DNA from: Nitrospirales bacterium | GTDB taxonomy: Bacteria; Nitrospirota; Nitrospiria; Nitrospirales; UBA8639 | DNA: 64,000 nt | Assembly (NCBI GenBank): GCA_965223675.1 | Contig: OZ245013.1 | Location: forward strand, 1,569,169-1,633,168 | Reading direction: 5' to 3' | In this document: piece by piece, positions 1 to 9,348 of the stretch | Layout of the letters: every line of letters begins with the position of its first letter | Numbering within the stretch: position 1 is the stretch's first letter | The notes under the pieces: generated by a model | What the model saw: the letters and a program-made list of their open reading frames with translations, nothing else | The model's database searches: none | What the model was told of the DNA's origin: nothing | Translations under genes and position numbers: made by a program

Positions 1-1
1 A

Positions 2-559
2 CCTGTTCCCAATATCCCAGCACATATCGCGAACGGGATGTATGGCATGATACTCGTTGAACCTGAAGGCGGTCTTCCCAAAGTTGACCATGAATATGCT
101 ATTGTCCAAAGCGAATTTTTTACGACGCCAAGTCAAGAAAAAGGCATTTATGAACTTTCCATGGAAAAAGGCCTGGCCGAACACCCAGATCACGTGGTGT
201 TTAATGGAAAAGCTGGGGCGCTGATGGGCGATGGTGAACTGAAAGCCGAAGTGGGTGAAAGTGTACGACTCTATTTTGGAAATATCGGTCCGAATAATGT
301 CTCGTCGTTTCATATTATCGGTGAGATTTTTGATACCGTGTATATTGATGGAGCCATCGACGGCACAATCAATCACAACGTGCAAACCACACTGGTCCCT
401 TCGGCAGGATCAGTCATCGTCGAATTTAACGTAGACGTTCCCGGAGCCTACCTCCTCGTAGACCATAGTATCTTTCGTGTCGCAAAAGGCGCGTTGGGAA
501 TTCTCTCGGCTACAGGCAAGGACAACCCACAAATCTTCAATGCACACCAGGCGGAATGA
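2..559 (+). CDS. nirK: copper-containing nitrite reductase NirK, C-terminal part (5' end lies outside the window)
   Basis: The frame is open from nt 2. The translation PVPNIPAHIANGMYGMILVEP...SSFHIIGEIFD...LLVDHS carries the conserved H-x-x-N-G-M copper-ligand loop and the C-terminal cupredoxin domain pattern of NirK. Confidence 0.85.
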   Translation, partial: PVPNIPAHIANGMYGMILVEPEGGLPKVDHEYAIVQSEFFTTPSQEKGIYELSMEKGLAEHPDHVVFNGKAGALMGDGELKAEVGESVRLYFGNIGPNNVSSFHIIGEIFDTVYIDGAIDGTINHNVQTTLVPSAGSVIVEFNVDVPGAYLLVDHSIFRVAKGALGILSATGKDNPQIFNAHQAE

Positions 560-687
560 TGGAGCATTTCGTATAGTCATGTAAGCCACATTCGCCAAAC
601 AGAAAACGAGAAACGTGTGACGAAGAAGACAAGTAGACGTTATTGTTTCTAATCGTTTTACGTCTCGCATTTTACGTTTTTTCGTCT

Positions 688-1008
688 TCAAGAAGGATTC
701 GGCGCCATAAAAACTAACACACGAAGTCGCTTGTCCGTCTGATTCATGACTCCATGCTCTTCACCTGCGGGTGCCATCGTTCCCTGCCCGACCCCCAGGA
801 CCTGGGCCTCTTGTCCGACTCGAAATGTTCCTGTCCCTTCAATAACCAGATAGACTTTATCTTGGTCAGCATGAACATGCCCTTTTTGTTCCTGACCTGA
901 CTCAAGGCAATAGACATCACAAAAAAATCTTTGAGACTGGAAAAGATTATGCTTTTTCATCTTTTCCTTCGAGAACTCTTGAATGTCGTCAAGATTCACT
1001 ACCTTCAT
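688..1008 (-). CDS. cupin-domain protein
   Basis: Cupin motifs are present (GHVHADQDKVYLVIEGTG ... PAGEEHGV). The ATG at 1008 is preceded by AGGAGG 9 nt upstream. The track ORF extends to 1074, but that start has no ribosome-binding site. Confidence 0.7.
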   Translation of the reverse strand: MKVVNLDDIQEFSKEKMKKHNLFQSQRFFCDVYCLESGQEQKGHVHADQDKVYLVIEGTGTFRVGQEAQVLGVGQGTMAPAGEEHGVMNQTDKRLRVLVFMAPNPS

Positions 1009-1204
1009 GTCCCATGACCTCCTTGATCGAAAATGTATAAAATATGCTCGTCTCCATACACTGCCTTGACTCATGACTCGTGAAAGATCGCTCAGGCTTC
1101 TTCAACTTACCGGCTTGAACCCCCCCACTCATCATGGTAGCCTGGTATAGAGAGTTTTTTAGATGTAGGCACTCGAAATACGCTGGTCAATGAAAGGGAT
1201 ATAT

Positions 1205-1840
1205 ATGCAAACCATACGCCTTCTATCTACTTGGTTCATCTGTGTCCTTATGTTATCCATAACTTTTTTCACTCCGGTCTGGGCTGCAAACAATACCATC
1301 CAGGGAGAATATGAGCTACTTGACGAACCTTCTAAGCACGAAAAAGGCAAGGTTATTCTCTTTGAGTTTGCTGATTTCTATTGCCCCCATTGTCACATGT
1401 TTGAACGAATCGTTGTCACAAAGCTTAAAGAAGAATTCGGGGATCAATTAGAAGCACGATTAATTGGGTTTCCGGTTATGCCAGGTAAACTCCCGACGGC
1501 TTTTGAGATGTATGAACAGGCCGTCACAATGGGGAAAGGGCCTGAGATGAAACAGGAACTGTTTGGATCGATACATGGGCAAAAAATAGAAGTATTTGAC
1601 AAGACCATTCGACGCCTCCTGTTGAAAAAACTCAAACTCGATGTGGAGACTTTTGAAAGAGGCTTGGCCAGCGGTGCTCCGTTCCGAACTCTTGAAAAAG
1701 GGAAAGCCTGGGGAGAACGCATCAAGGTCACTCATACCCCCACCGTGGTGATTGATGGAAATATACGGGTTGCGAATTTAACAGAAGAAAATCTTAAGAC
1801 TATCATCCACAGTATTCTTGAACAAGATAAGAATTCTTAA
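1205..1840 (+). CDS. DsbA-family thiol:disulfide oxidoreductase (secreted)
   Basis: N-terminal signal peptide (LSTWFICVLMLSITFFTPVWA) and a CPHC active-site motif in a thioredoxin-fold context. The start is either 1190 or, with a better SD, 1205. Confidence 0.75.
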   Translation: MQTIRLLSTWFICVLMLSITFFTPVWAANNTIQGEYELLDEPSKHEKGKVILFEFADFYCPHCHMFERIVVTKLKEEFGDQLEARLIGFPVMPGKLPTAFEMYEQAVTMGKGPEMKQELFGSIHGQKIEVFDKTIRRLLLKKLKLDVETFERGLASGAPFRTLEKGKAWGERIKVTHTPTVVIDGNIRVANLTEENLKTIIHSILEQDKNS

Positions 1841-1886
1841 GATCGAACCTATTCAAGAATACTCTTAACCAACAAGGAATTCGACC

Positions 1887-2099
1887 ATGGGTAAGAAAAG
1901 TAAATCTGACTCACCATTCCCGGAAATGGATGACATACTCGCAGGCATGGAAGATCTCATGAGGGATGAGCATGGCAATCCATTAACTCCAGACCACCCC
2001 CAGTATCAAAAGCTTGCGACCATTATGGAAAATATGGTCAATACCGTGAACAGTGAAAATGCTGAGCAGTCCTTAGAAGGACCACAAGGGCAAGCATAA
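1887..2099 (+). CDS. small acidic hypothetical protein (70 aa)
   Basis: ORF with AAGGA 8 nt upstream of the ATG. No recognisable motif. Confidence 0.45.
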   Translation: MGKKSKSDSPFPEMDDILAGMEDLMRDEHGNPLTPDHPQYQKLATIMENMVNTVNSENAEQSLEGPQGQA

Positions 2100-2167
2100 T
2101 CTCACAGCAACAGAGTTCATTGTCTCTCGATGCCCTCTTCATTATGAAGTGAGCTTTACATAATAGA

Positions 2168-2196
2168 TTGACAAATGGCCTGTTAATCACTACAAC
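2168..2196 (+). promoter_or_regulatory. sigma-70-like promoter for tRNA-Ser
   Basis: TTGACA (2168-2173), a 17-nt spacer, then TACAAC (2191-2196), about 27 nt upstream of the mature tRNA 5' end. Confidence 0.45.
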
Positions 2197-2222
2197 ATCA
2201 CCATTCAATAGAGAGAACACGC

Positions 2223-2314
2223 GGAGAGGTGGGTGAGTTTGGCTGAAACCAACGGTTTGCTAAACCGTCGTAGGGTAACACCTACCGCGGGTTCAAATCC
2301 CGCCCTCTCCGCCA
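2223..2314 (+). tRNA. tRNA-Ser (anticodon GCU), class II with long variable arm, CCA encoded
   Basis: Acceptor stem GGAGAGG/CCTCTCC. Anticodon arm ACGGT-TTGCTAA-ACCGT, giving anticodon GCT. Variable arm CGTAGGGTAACACCTACCG. T arm GCGGG-TTCAAAT-CCCGC. Discriminator G followed by CCA. Confidence 0.93.
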
Positions 2315-2427
2315 GTTTATTTCTCTAGACGTCATACTCGCAAACCAATTGCTCTTCCCGTTCGTTCCCTGCCACAATCTGAATCTGACCATCAGAGAAC
2401 ATTTCATTAACTGGTATCTAAATTATT

Positions 2428-3489
2428 ATGCGTGAACATCGCTGGGTCACACCGTCTCCCTTAACGTTTGATGAAATTCTTCTTACGGCAGATCAACTCG
2501 GCAAGGCAGGATTAACGCCTGTTCGTTCTGAAAAGGATGTTATTTGCTATATCGAAGAATGGCTGGTATCGGGGCCTCAAGATATTCGAATATTAGATCC
2601 ATGGCCATTAGAAGACGTCACACTCATTCATATTTTAGATAATTGGAACGGAGATTTTTTCTTACTCGCTGGGCACTATCACACCGTAGTGCAGCGCTAC
2701 CAATCTGTGAATACGTATTGTTCGATTTGTCATCCATGGCATATTGAAGAATACATGGTCACGCTACTCCCTGACGCGATGCTTTGGTTGGGATTTCGAC
2801 ATGCACACTCTTTCATCCGGATTCGAGTTCATACCACGGAAATCGTCGCACCCGGCGAGACCTGGGCTGATCATCAACGTCCCATGTGGGTAACAGAGCG
2901 ACAATCAGCCTTCAACATGGCAATCAAAACCCTGGGGTTATCCCTCGAAGCTGTCATTGATCACCGACAAGTCCGGGTACAAACCCCTCGCCCAGATACC
3001 CCTCTATTTTGTTCCTGGCCAGATGCCTTCGGTCCTTGCCAATTTGAGTTAAACTCTCCTGACGCGTTTGAGTTTCTTGTTCCGGCAAGTCAATTAGCGG
3101 CAACTTCTCAAGAACAGTCTCATTCTATACGGGCGTACTTGACCGGTTTTACGGAAGAACAGCTTCATCACTTTGATTCTTTTGATACCCCGAAACGCTC
3201 GGTGTATCGATGCTCCGTTCATAGTGTCATGAACGAACTCCCAGAACTTCTGGCCCTTCTGGGAGAATCTGGCCGTCTGTATTCCACCCTCTGCGAATTT
3301 CAGACATCAACCATCCTCCCCAATCAACACGATTCAGCTGCTATCATCGGAGTCGTCGCGAATAACGGACAATTTCAGATTGAGGCGAGACTCAACCGAT
3401 ACCCAATGAATCCACAAGAAACAACAGAATGGCTAGAAACCCTGATTGGGAAACCAGTCACCTACTCCCCTCTGTCAGCCTTTCCTTAA
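2428..3489 (+). CDS. hypothetical protein (353 aa), no recognisable domain
   Basis: Long ORF in its own orientation between the tRNA and the convergent LPS block. I recognised no motif. Confidence 0.6.
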   Translation: MREHRWVTPSPLTFDEILLTADQLGKAGLTPVRSEKDVICYIEEWLVSGPQDIRILDPWPLEDVTLIHILDNWNGDFFLLAGHYHTVVQRYQSVNTYCSICHPWHIEEYMVTLLPDAMLWLGFRHAHSFIRIRVHTTEIVAPGETWADHQRPMWVTERQSAFNMAIKTLGLSLEAVIDHRQVRVQTPRPDTPLFCSWPDAFGPCQFELNSPDAFEFLVPASQLAATSQEQSHSIRAYLTGFTEEQLHHFDSFDTPKRSVYRCSVHSVMNELPELLALLGESGRLYSTLCEFQTSTILPNQHDSAAIIGVVANNGQFQIEARLNRYPMNPQETTEWLETLIGKPVTYSPLSAFP

Positions 3490-3539
3490 TAGTCACCTGA
3501 CGGTCTGCCGACAACATTCCTGCAATCGTGCTCCCCTCA

Positions 3540-4556
3540 TTACATTTCGACCTTCAAGGGGTCAAGCAACACAAGCGCTGCCGAATAGACTTCATCCACG
3601 GAAATCTGTTTCATGCAGTTGTCATCCCCACGCAAACAACCTGGATGAAAACATGCACGACAATCTAATTCCTTGTAAATCACTTGACTTCTCTTACTCC
3701 GCGGCCCCCACACCAAAGGGTCTGTCGGCCCGAATAGCCCAACCACTGGACATTCAACTGCCGCAGCAATGTGCATAAGCCCTGTATCGTTACCGATAAA
3801 TAATTTGGCATGTTTCATCAGCGCTGCCAATTCCAATACGCTAGTCTGTCCGACTATGGAAATAAATGATTTGTTGGCCAGCTCCTGTATCTTTTCAGCG
3901 ACGATCTCATCTTGGGCATGCCCAGCAAGCACGACAGCAATCCCCTTTTCCGCAAGGCGATCGCTCAACATGGCAAATCGTTCCGCAGGCCACGTCTTAA
4001 ACCAATATCGTGCCGTGGGGTGGATCATCACCCAAGGTTGTCGTGCAAGCCCCAATTCGCTCAGTTTCGCCTCAGCCCATGATTCATAGGTATCTGGAAC
4101 ATACACTTTGGGCTCATGATTCAAGACATTGATCCCTAACAATTTAAGAGCCTGTGCATGATGTTCTACCATATGAACTCTGGCATTTTCAGGTTCAACA
4201 CAATCAGAATAGAGCAGGCCTCGCCAGCGTTTCTCCTCATCGAATCCAATTCGTACAGACGCACCCGAGATCCACGTAAGAAAAGCTGACCGGTCTCCAT
4301 CAGTCAAATCGATAACGCAATCAAATTGTCTTGCACGAAGCTCATAGCACAATTGGATTTGCTCTCTCAGACTTTCTCGAGGAACGACTAAAATTTCATC
4401 GATATACGGATTATGTGTCAGAACTTCTTGAGTGCCAGGATTGACCAGGCAAACCAAATTCACATCAGGGTATTGCTGTCGTAACCCCTGCAGCACCGGC
4501 GTGGTAAGGACAACATCTCCTATATATCGAAGCTTAATCACAAGAATGCGATTCAT
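3540..4556 (-). CDS. GT9 ADP-heptose:LPS heptosyltransferase (WaaQ/heptosyltransferase III-like)
   Basis: N-terminus ILVIKLRYIGDVVLTTPVL resembles the WaaQ-type signature. C-terminal GNDTGLMHIAAA and a Cys cluster (CRACFHPGC...C) are typical of GT9. Confidence 0.85.
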   Translation of the reverse strand: MNRILVIKLRYIGDVVLTTPVLQGLRQQYPDVNLVCLVNPGTQEVLTHNPYIDEILVVPRESLREQIQLCYELRARQFDCVIDLTDGDRSAFLTWISGASVRIGFDEEKRWRGLLYSDCVEPENARVHMVEHHAQALKLLGINVLNHEPKVYVPDTYESWAEAKLSELGLARQPWVMIHPTARYWFKTWPAERFAMLSDRLAEKGIAVVLAGHAQDEIVAEKIQELANKSFISIVGQTSVLELAALMKHAKLFIGNDTGLMHIAAAVECPVVGLFGPTDPLVWGPRSKRSQVIYKELDCRACFHPGCLRGDDNCMKQISVDEVYSAALVLLDPLKVEM

Positions 4557-4674
4557 GATTGAACTTCCTCGAAAAGAAAGGCTGACAAAAGTTTAAGGCC
4601 GCATCATCTCAAGACAACGGCCTCACACTTCACAGTCACTTTTTTACTATTGATTCTTACTCGATAAGCGTCTT

Positions 4675-5775
4675 CTAGCTATCGACGTGTTTTATTTGGG
4701 CTTCATGAAGTTCCGTCTCCCATTCTTCCATGACCTGGGAAGTCATTTGAAGGACATCATCAACCGTAATTTCTAACAATCTCCGATGATCATGTTGATA
4801 ATCGACGTTTTGCCAATACGCCTCTTCTGGTTGTCCTTTGGTCAACATCGTGGCACGTTGTCCCCAGGGAGCATACTGTATAGTATCAGCCGCTCCATAG
4901 AGGCCAATGACTTTCGGCTTGGATAATGCCGATGCAATATGCATGGGTCCCGTCACATTGGAAATCACCAAATCGAGTTCTGCTAACACGGCAATTAACT
5001 CTCGGAGACTCGTTTGTCCAGACAAATCTAAAGGTCTCTGTTGCATCATTTCACGAACTCGCTGACATACTGGCCGATCCTGTTCTCCACCAAGCAAGAC
5101 AACCTTCGCGTGGTATTGGTTGACGATGGCGTCGGCAAGTTCTGCAAATCGTTCCGAAGGCCAAATTCTCCACGGAGAACCAGCACCAGGGACAAGTCCC
5201 ACGATCTTCTGAGCGCCTAATTGCACTTCAGACAGCAACACATGTGCTTTCTGATTTTCCGCAGAAGAGAGACATACCTCTAAGTGAAGGTCCTGGCGGT
5301 TGACGTCTCCTATCAATGGACGAACTAAGTCAAATTTTTGATCAACAAGATGACGTGCGTCGCGAGCTATCGGAACTGAATGATTGTACAGATAACCTCG
5401 AATTCGACTCCGAACGTCCTCGCCATATCGATGTGTAGCCCTAGATAACCAAGCCAACAGAGCACTTCTTGGCCCACTAAATAAATCGATGACTGTATCA
5501 AATTGCTCTCGCCGAATTTCTCCGACAAGCTGTCTCCACTTCACGAATTGGGATAGTCTAGATTGTTGTTTCGCCGCATGTCGATCGCTCCCAATCACTC
5601 GATTAAGGTGTGGATTATGTTGAAGAATGTCGGCACTCGGTCCATCGGCGAGCACGACAAGGTACAAGTCCGGATAAGCCTTTCGAAGTTGCCGAATAAC
5701 TGGAGTAATAAGCACCACATCGCCAATGGCTCTTATGGACACGACGAGCAGGCGGTGTGGGCTATGGTTCAACAT
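4675..5775 (-). CDS. GT9 heptosyltransferase family protein
   Basis: LLVVSIRAIGDVVLITPVI and SNVTGPMHIASA motifs. The track ORF starts at a TTG at 5805; the ATG at 5775 sits just before the conserved N-terminus. Confidence 0.8.
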   Translation of the reverse strand: MLNHSPHRLLVVSIRAIGDVVLITPVIRQLRKAYPDLYLVVLADGPSADILQHNPHLNRVIGSDRHAAKQQSRLSQFVKWRQLVGEIRREQFDTVIDLFSGPRSALLAWLSRATHRYGEDVRSRIRGYLYNHSVPIARDARHLVDQKFDLVRPLIGDVNRQDLHLEVCLSSAENQKAHVLLSEVQLGAQKIVGLVPGAGSPWRIWPSERFAELADAIVNQYHAKVVLLGGEQDRPVCQRVREMMQQRPLDLSGQTSLRELIAVLAELDLVISNVTGPMHIASALSKPKVIGLYGAADTIQYAPWGQRATMLTKGQPEEAYWQNVDYQHDHRRLLEITVDDVLQMTSQVMEEWETELHEAQIKHVDS

Positions 5776-5833
5776 GGAGTGACAACGTTTACCCTTTGGT
5801 CCCAAGATGTCGATTGACCAACCATCCTATACA

Positions 5834-6928
5834 TTAAGAACTCACGATACGTTCATACAATTCTGTCGTCTTTGACGCCGTTTGATCCCAAGAGAACTGC
5901 TTAGATCGTTCAAGCCCAGCTTCCCGCATACGATACCGAAGCATTGAATCTGTCAGAACATGCTGTATGGCTTCTTCCAATGCAGAGACATCCGTGGGGT
6001 TCACCGTTATTGCCGCGTCACCAACGACTTCAGGCAGGGAAGACACGTCGGAACATATGACGGGACAACCGCAAGCCATGGCCTCTAACACAGGAAGGCC
6101 AAAGCCTTCATATAAGGAAGGAAATACAAACACTGAGGCGTTTTGATAATACTGTACCAACTGTTGGTCTGACACAATACCAGGACACACTGTCAACTGC
6201 TCAAGTCCTTTTTGCCTCACTAATCGCTGAAGTTCTCCTTGGCTATCGAGATCTCCAACGAGTATTAATTGGTGATGGCTTCGAACGTGTTCCGGCAACA
6301 TGGAAAAGGCGATGATGAGGGATTGAATATTCTTTGTGGGATCTGCCCCTGCGACACACAGCACGTAGGGAGTCGTCTCTGAATCAAGAGGACATTCAGC
6401 CAATCGAGGGAAAAATTTGTCACCTTCAACGCCCTGGGGGATCACAGTGACCAAATCTTCCGACACGTTTAGATTCTTGATGATATCCCGCCGTGAACAT
6501 TCTGATACCGTGATGATATGATCAATTTTCTGCAAAGGATCGGGAATGAGGGTTTGCTTGACTAACTCGTGAACATTCACGCGTTTTTTAGCTTTTGGAA
6601 ATAGCAACGGTTTGACATCATGAATCGTGGTCACAAGTTTTCCACGTTTGACGGCAAGGCATGAATCATAAGGGAAATGCAGAAGGTCATGGCTCCCCAC
6701 CAACATCGTGGCCATCTGTTCCCAAAATCGTCTCTTGAAAACAGGGAATCGGCAAACTCGATAACGAACATTCGGCCAAAGAGTAAAAGAAGATGCATCG
6801 ACCGGCATCAAGATTTCATATTCATTTTTTCTATCAACTCGACCAAGACCTTCAATCAAATTTCGCGTATACCGACCAAGGCCAACATTAAAATCTTTTA
6901 CATGCCAGGCAGCAATCACGATTTTCAT
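5834..6928 (-). CDS. GT4 (glycosyltransferase family 1 fold) LPS core glycosyltransferase
   Basis: C-terminal FVFPSLYEGFGLPVLEAMACGCPVI motif (the E-x7-E region of GT4). Confidence 0.85.
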   Translation of the reverse strand: MKIVIAAWHVKDFNVGLGRYTRNLIEGLGRVDRKNEYEILMPVDASSFTLWPNVRYRVCRFPVFKRRFWEQMATMLVGSHDLLHFPYDSCLAVKRGKLVTTIHDVKPLLFPKAKKRVNVHELVKQTLIPDPLQKIDHIITVSECSRRDIIKNLNVSEDLVTVIPQGVEGDKFFPRLAECPLDSETTPYVLCVAGADPTKNIQSLIIAFSMLPEHVRSHHQLILVGDLDSQGELQRLVRQKGLEQLTVCPGIVSDQQLVQYYQNASVFVFPSLYEGFGLPVLEAMACGCPVICSDVSSLPEVVGDAAITVNPTDVSALEEAIQHVLTDSMLRYRMREAGLERSKQFSWDQTASKTTELYERIVSS

Positions 6929-7017
6929 GAGTACAAGCTATTTCCCTAGGGCTGCCATGCTCTCAAACTCACCCTCACTTCGTTTCTGACCACCTTACGC
7001 ATCAACGCATCTCAAGG

Positions 7018-7794
7018 TCACTTCTTTCGTTCAGCCACTTCTCCCTCAAAAAGTTTGGTATATTTAACAAAAGTATACATACTCGCAAACACAGCGAATA
7101 TGACGCCCCGCGTGCCATCTCTGTATCCTTTTTTTAACACATAGGTCTTAAAAAATATCACAAATGGATTACAGACGAGATGATACCAAAAGACGGTTTT
7201 CTTAGATTTACTCTTTTCTAAAGCCGCTAAGGTCGTATAGAGATTAAACTTTCGAAAATGATCGGTAATGCGTCTTTCGGTGTAGTGATCGAGATGCTGT
7301 GAGAGGGTCCCGATCGACCCATCGACGAGTAAGTTTTCATGCACGGCGACATCATTGTACCGAGCTTTTCCTCTTTGAAATAGACGAATTTGATAGTCGG
7401 GATATGCCCCACCCCATTGAATCCACTTCCCGTAAAAGTAATTGCGCCGTGGAATACGAAAAGCATGAAAAGTGGTTGGTGAATGTAACGTCAAGATGTT
7501 TTGTATTTCTTCTGCCAGTTCTTCACTCACTCGCTCATCTGCATCAAGGATCAAAATCCAATCAGAGGCGGCATGTTCAATACCAAAATTTTTTTGCGCA
7601 CCGAATCCAGGCCAAGGTCGAACAAAAACTTTCTCGGCAAATTTCTTGGCAATATCCACGGTCTCATCCGTACTTTGAGCATCGACGACAACGACCTCAT
7701 GGACCCAATTCAGACATTGTAAACAATTTGAAATATTTTTAGCTTCGTTTTTCGTAATGACAACAACAGCAATTGTCGCATGTAGACTGGTCAT
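7018..7794 (-). CDS. GT2 glycosyltransferase, WaaE/KdtX-like LPS core enzyme
   Basis: VVVITKNEAKNI...VVVVDAQSTDET...LILDADE (DxD) and a C-terminal membrane-associating helix. Paralogous to the ORF at 9349-10143. Confidence 0.8.
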   Translation of the reverse strand: MTSLHATIAVVVITKNEAKNISNCLQCLNWVHEVVVVDAQSTDETVDIAKKFAEKVFVRPWPGFGAQKNFGIEHAASDWILILDADERVSEELAEEIQNILTLHSPTTFHAFRIPRRNYFYGKWIQWGGAYPDYQIRLFQRGKARYNDVAVHENLLVDGSIGTLSQHLDHYTERRITDHFRKFNLYTTLAALEKSKSKKTVFWYHLVCNPFVIFFKTYVLKKGYRDGTRGVIFAVFASMYTFVKYTKLFEGEVAERKK

Positions 7795-8144
7795 TATTCT
7801 TTACCCCCTAGCTACATCATCTTATGATAAAATCCACGGGGTAGCCAAAATTTCGACGAGGAGTGAAAGGTCTGCTTCCCGTAATTATAGCGAATCCACG
7901 TACGTTCCAGTTGAATCAGGCGTGGACACGATCATGAAGAGCACCACGGGCTCCTCGATCCACATTCGAGATTGAAGCAGCAAACCAACCGACATGGTGA
8001 TCAAAGGTGTCCAAGCTCTCAACGCGGGATCACACGCTTCAAGGGCACGGAAATTGATTGAATTGGCTATAATCCAACACGCTCATGTTTCTTGGGGCCA
8101 GCGTTGCTCCATGATCCCATGATTCAAGTTCGCACTTTTGATTT

Positions 8145-9323
8145 TCACTTTTTCACTTCTTGCGATGAAGGCGAAGATGAGACCCTATCGCGAAAGTCTG
8201 CATAGACAGCTTCTGTGCGTGACAGCATTCCCTCAATATCAAACGAGTGTTGAACCCAAGCACGTGCGGCTTGGCCGAGTTTTTCCCTAAATTTTTCATC
8301 GTGAAGCAACCTACGAATCGCACTGGCTAGAGACACGGCATCCTTTGGTTGCACCAGCAACCCAGTTCGTTCGTGTTTCACCAGTTCCGGAATGCCTCCA
8401 ACATCTGTTGCCACCACGGCTCGTTCCATCGCCATCGCTTGAACCAATGCTTGTGGAACACCCTCACCACCTGTTGACGTCAGCACAAAAGCATCCATAC
8501 AAGCAAGAAGTTCCATAATATCTTCGCGATGGCCTGTCATGACGATGCTATGCAACAGGTTGAGGTCTTGTATTCGAGTCTGAAGCTTTACATATTCAGG
8601 CCCACTACCAACGATCACAAACCGCGCTTGCGGGAATTCCACGGAGACTAACATAGCGGCCTCCAGGAGATACTCCAGTCCTTTATAGTCGCGCAAAAAT
8701 GTAACAGTTCCAATGATTAAATCACCCGGCTGAGCCCCGAGATCTCTTCGCCGCGCGACATCTCCAGGCGTCGGATAGAACTGCTGCATATCAATGCCTG
8801 TGGGAATTGATACGATACGATTAAGTGATACTTTTATTTGACGACTCACGGACTGTCGCACAGCCTCCCCGGTTGTTACGATCGCATGTGGTAGCTTCCC
8901 ATACAACCAACGATGCCGGCATGTATCCGATATTGGCGTCGATTTATGCCGTGTTCGAATGACGAGTGGGCGAAACGTTGATAATCGACCTGCAATCGAC
9001 GCCGTCCAGCTGTCAATGGAACCGTGGGTGTTCACAATCTCGACGGCATGCCTTGATACGAGCCGTAAAAAGACCCACACTAACCAGACCCAACGTATAC
9101 GACCCATTTTTACCAGCTCAGTGACAATCCCGTATTCGTGTGCACGTTGAGCGATCTGACTATTCGGCTGTGCGACAAGCACAACATAATGACCTCGCGC
9201 CCGCATGCCCCGCGCTTCTTGAAGGATACGAAGCTCTTGCCCTCCCAAGCCCATTGAGGATTCCGTATGAAGAATACGGAATCGTTTTTCCTGACAAGAA
9301 GCTTCATGCCTAGTCACAGACAC
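8145..9323 (-). CDS. GT4 glycosyltransferase
   Basis: RILHTESSMGLGGQE N-terminus and a GGEGVPQALVQAMAMERAVVATDVGG C-terminal motif. The track ORF (to 9467) overlaps the upstream gene by 119 nt. GTG codons at 9323 and 9317 lie just before the conserved N-terminus. The start is uncertain. Confidence 0.75.
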   Translation of the reverse strand: MSVTRHEASCQEKRFRILHTESSMGLGGQELRILQEARGMRARGHYVVLVAQPNSQIAQRAHEYGIVTELVKMGRIRWVWLVWVFLRLVSRHAVEIVNTHGSIDSWTASIAGRLSTFRPLVIRTRHKSTPISDTCRHRWLYGKLPHAIVTTGEAVRQSVSRQIKVSLNRIVSIPTGIDMQQFYPTPGDVARRRDLGAQPGDLIIGTVTFLRDYKGLEYLLEAAMLVSVEFPQARFVIVGSGPEYVKLQTRIQDLNLLHSIVMTGHREDIMELLACMDAFVLTSTGGEGVPQALVQAMAMERAVVATDVGGIPELVKHERTGLLVQPKDAVSLASAIRRLLHDEKFREKLGQAARAWVQHSFDIEGMLSRTEAVYADFRDRVSSSPSSQEVKK

Positions 9324-9348
9324 AAGATCATCAACAACTACACCTTCG

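Noticed and set aside
602-615. The 14-mer GAAAACGAGAAACG occurs both here and at 40314-40327, both times intergenic and near ACG/TTT-rich sequence. I considered a dispersed repeat or MITE.
   Set aside because: Several exact 14-mer matches are expected by chance in 64 kb on two strands. The flanks do not align and no terminal inverted repeats or target duplications are visible.
560-687. Imperfect inverted repeats (AGACGT-N19-ACGTCT; GAAAACGAGAAACGT versus ACGTTTTTTCGTCTTC) between the convergent nirK and cupin genes, as a bidirectional terminator.
   Set aside because: The stems are short or imperfect with very large loops, so I cannot support a terminator call.
2223-3489. tRNA-Ser as the boundary of a genomic island.
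   Set aside because: No integrase, no repeat of the tRNA 3' end downstream, and only one unknown gene before the conserved LPS block.
3446-4089. Plus-strand ORFs 3446-3778 and 3769-4089. The same applies to similar antisense ORFs elsewhere, for example 10109-10546, 12117-12560, 31474-31932, 32174-32602, 34980-35423, 50127-50573, 54159-54647 and 59417-59944.
   Set aside because: They lie entirely opposite or out of frame within genes that have clear family motifs. They have low-complexity or Ser/Arg/Pro-rich translations and no ribosome-binding sites. They are shadow ORFs.
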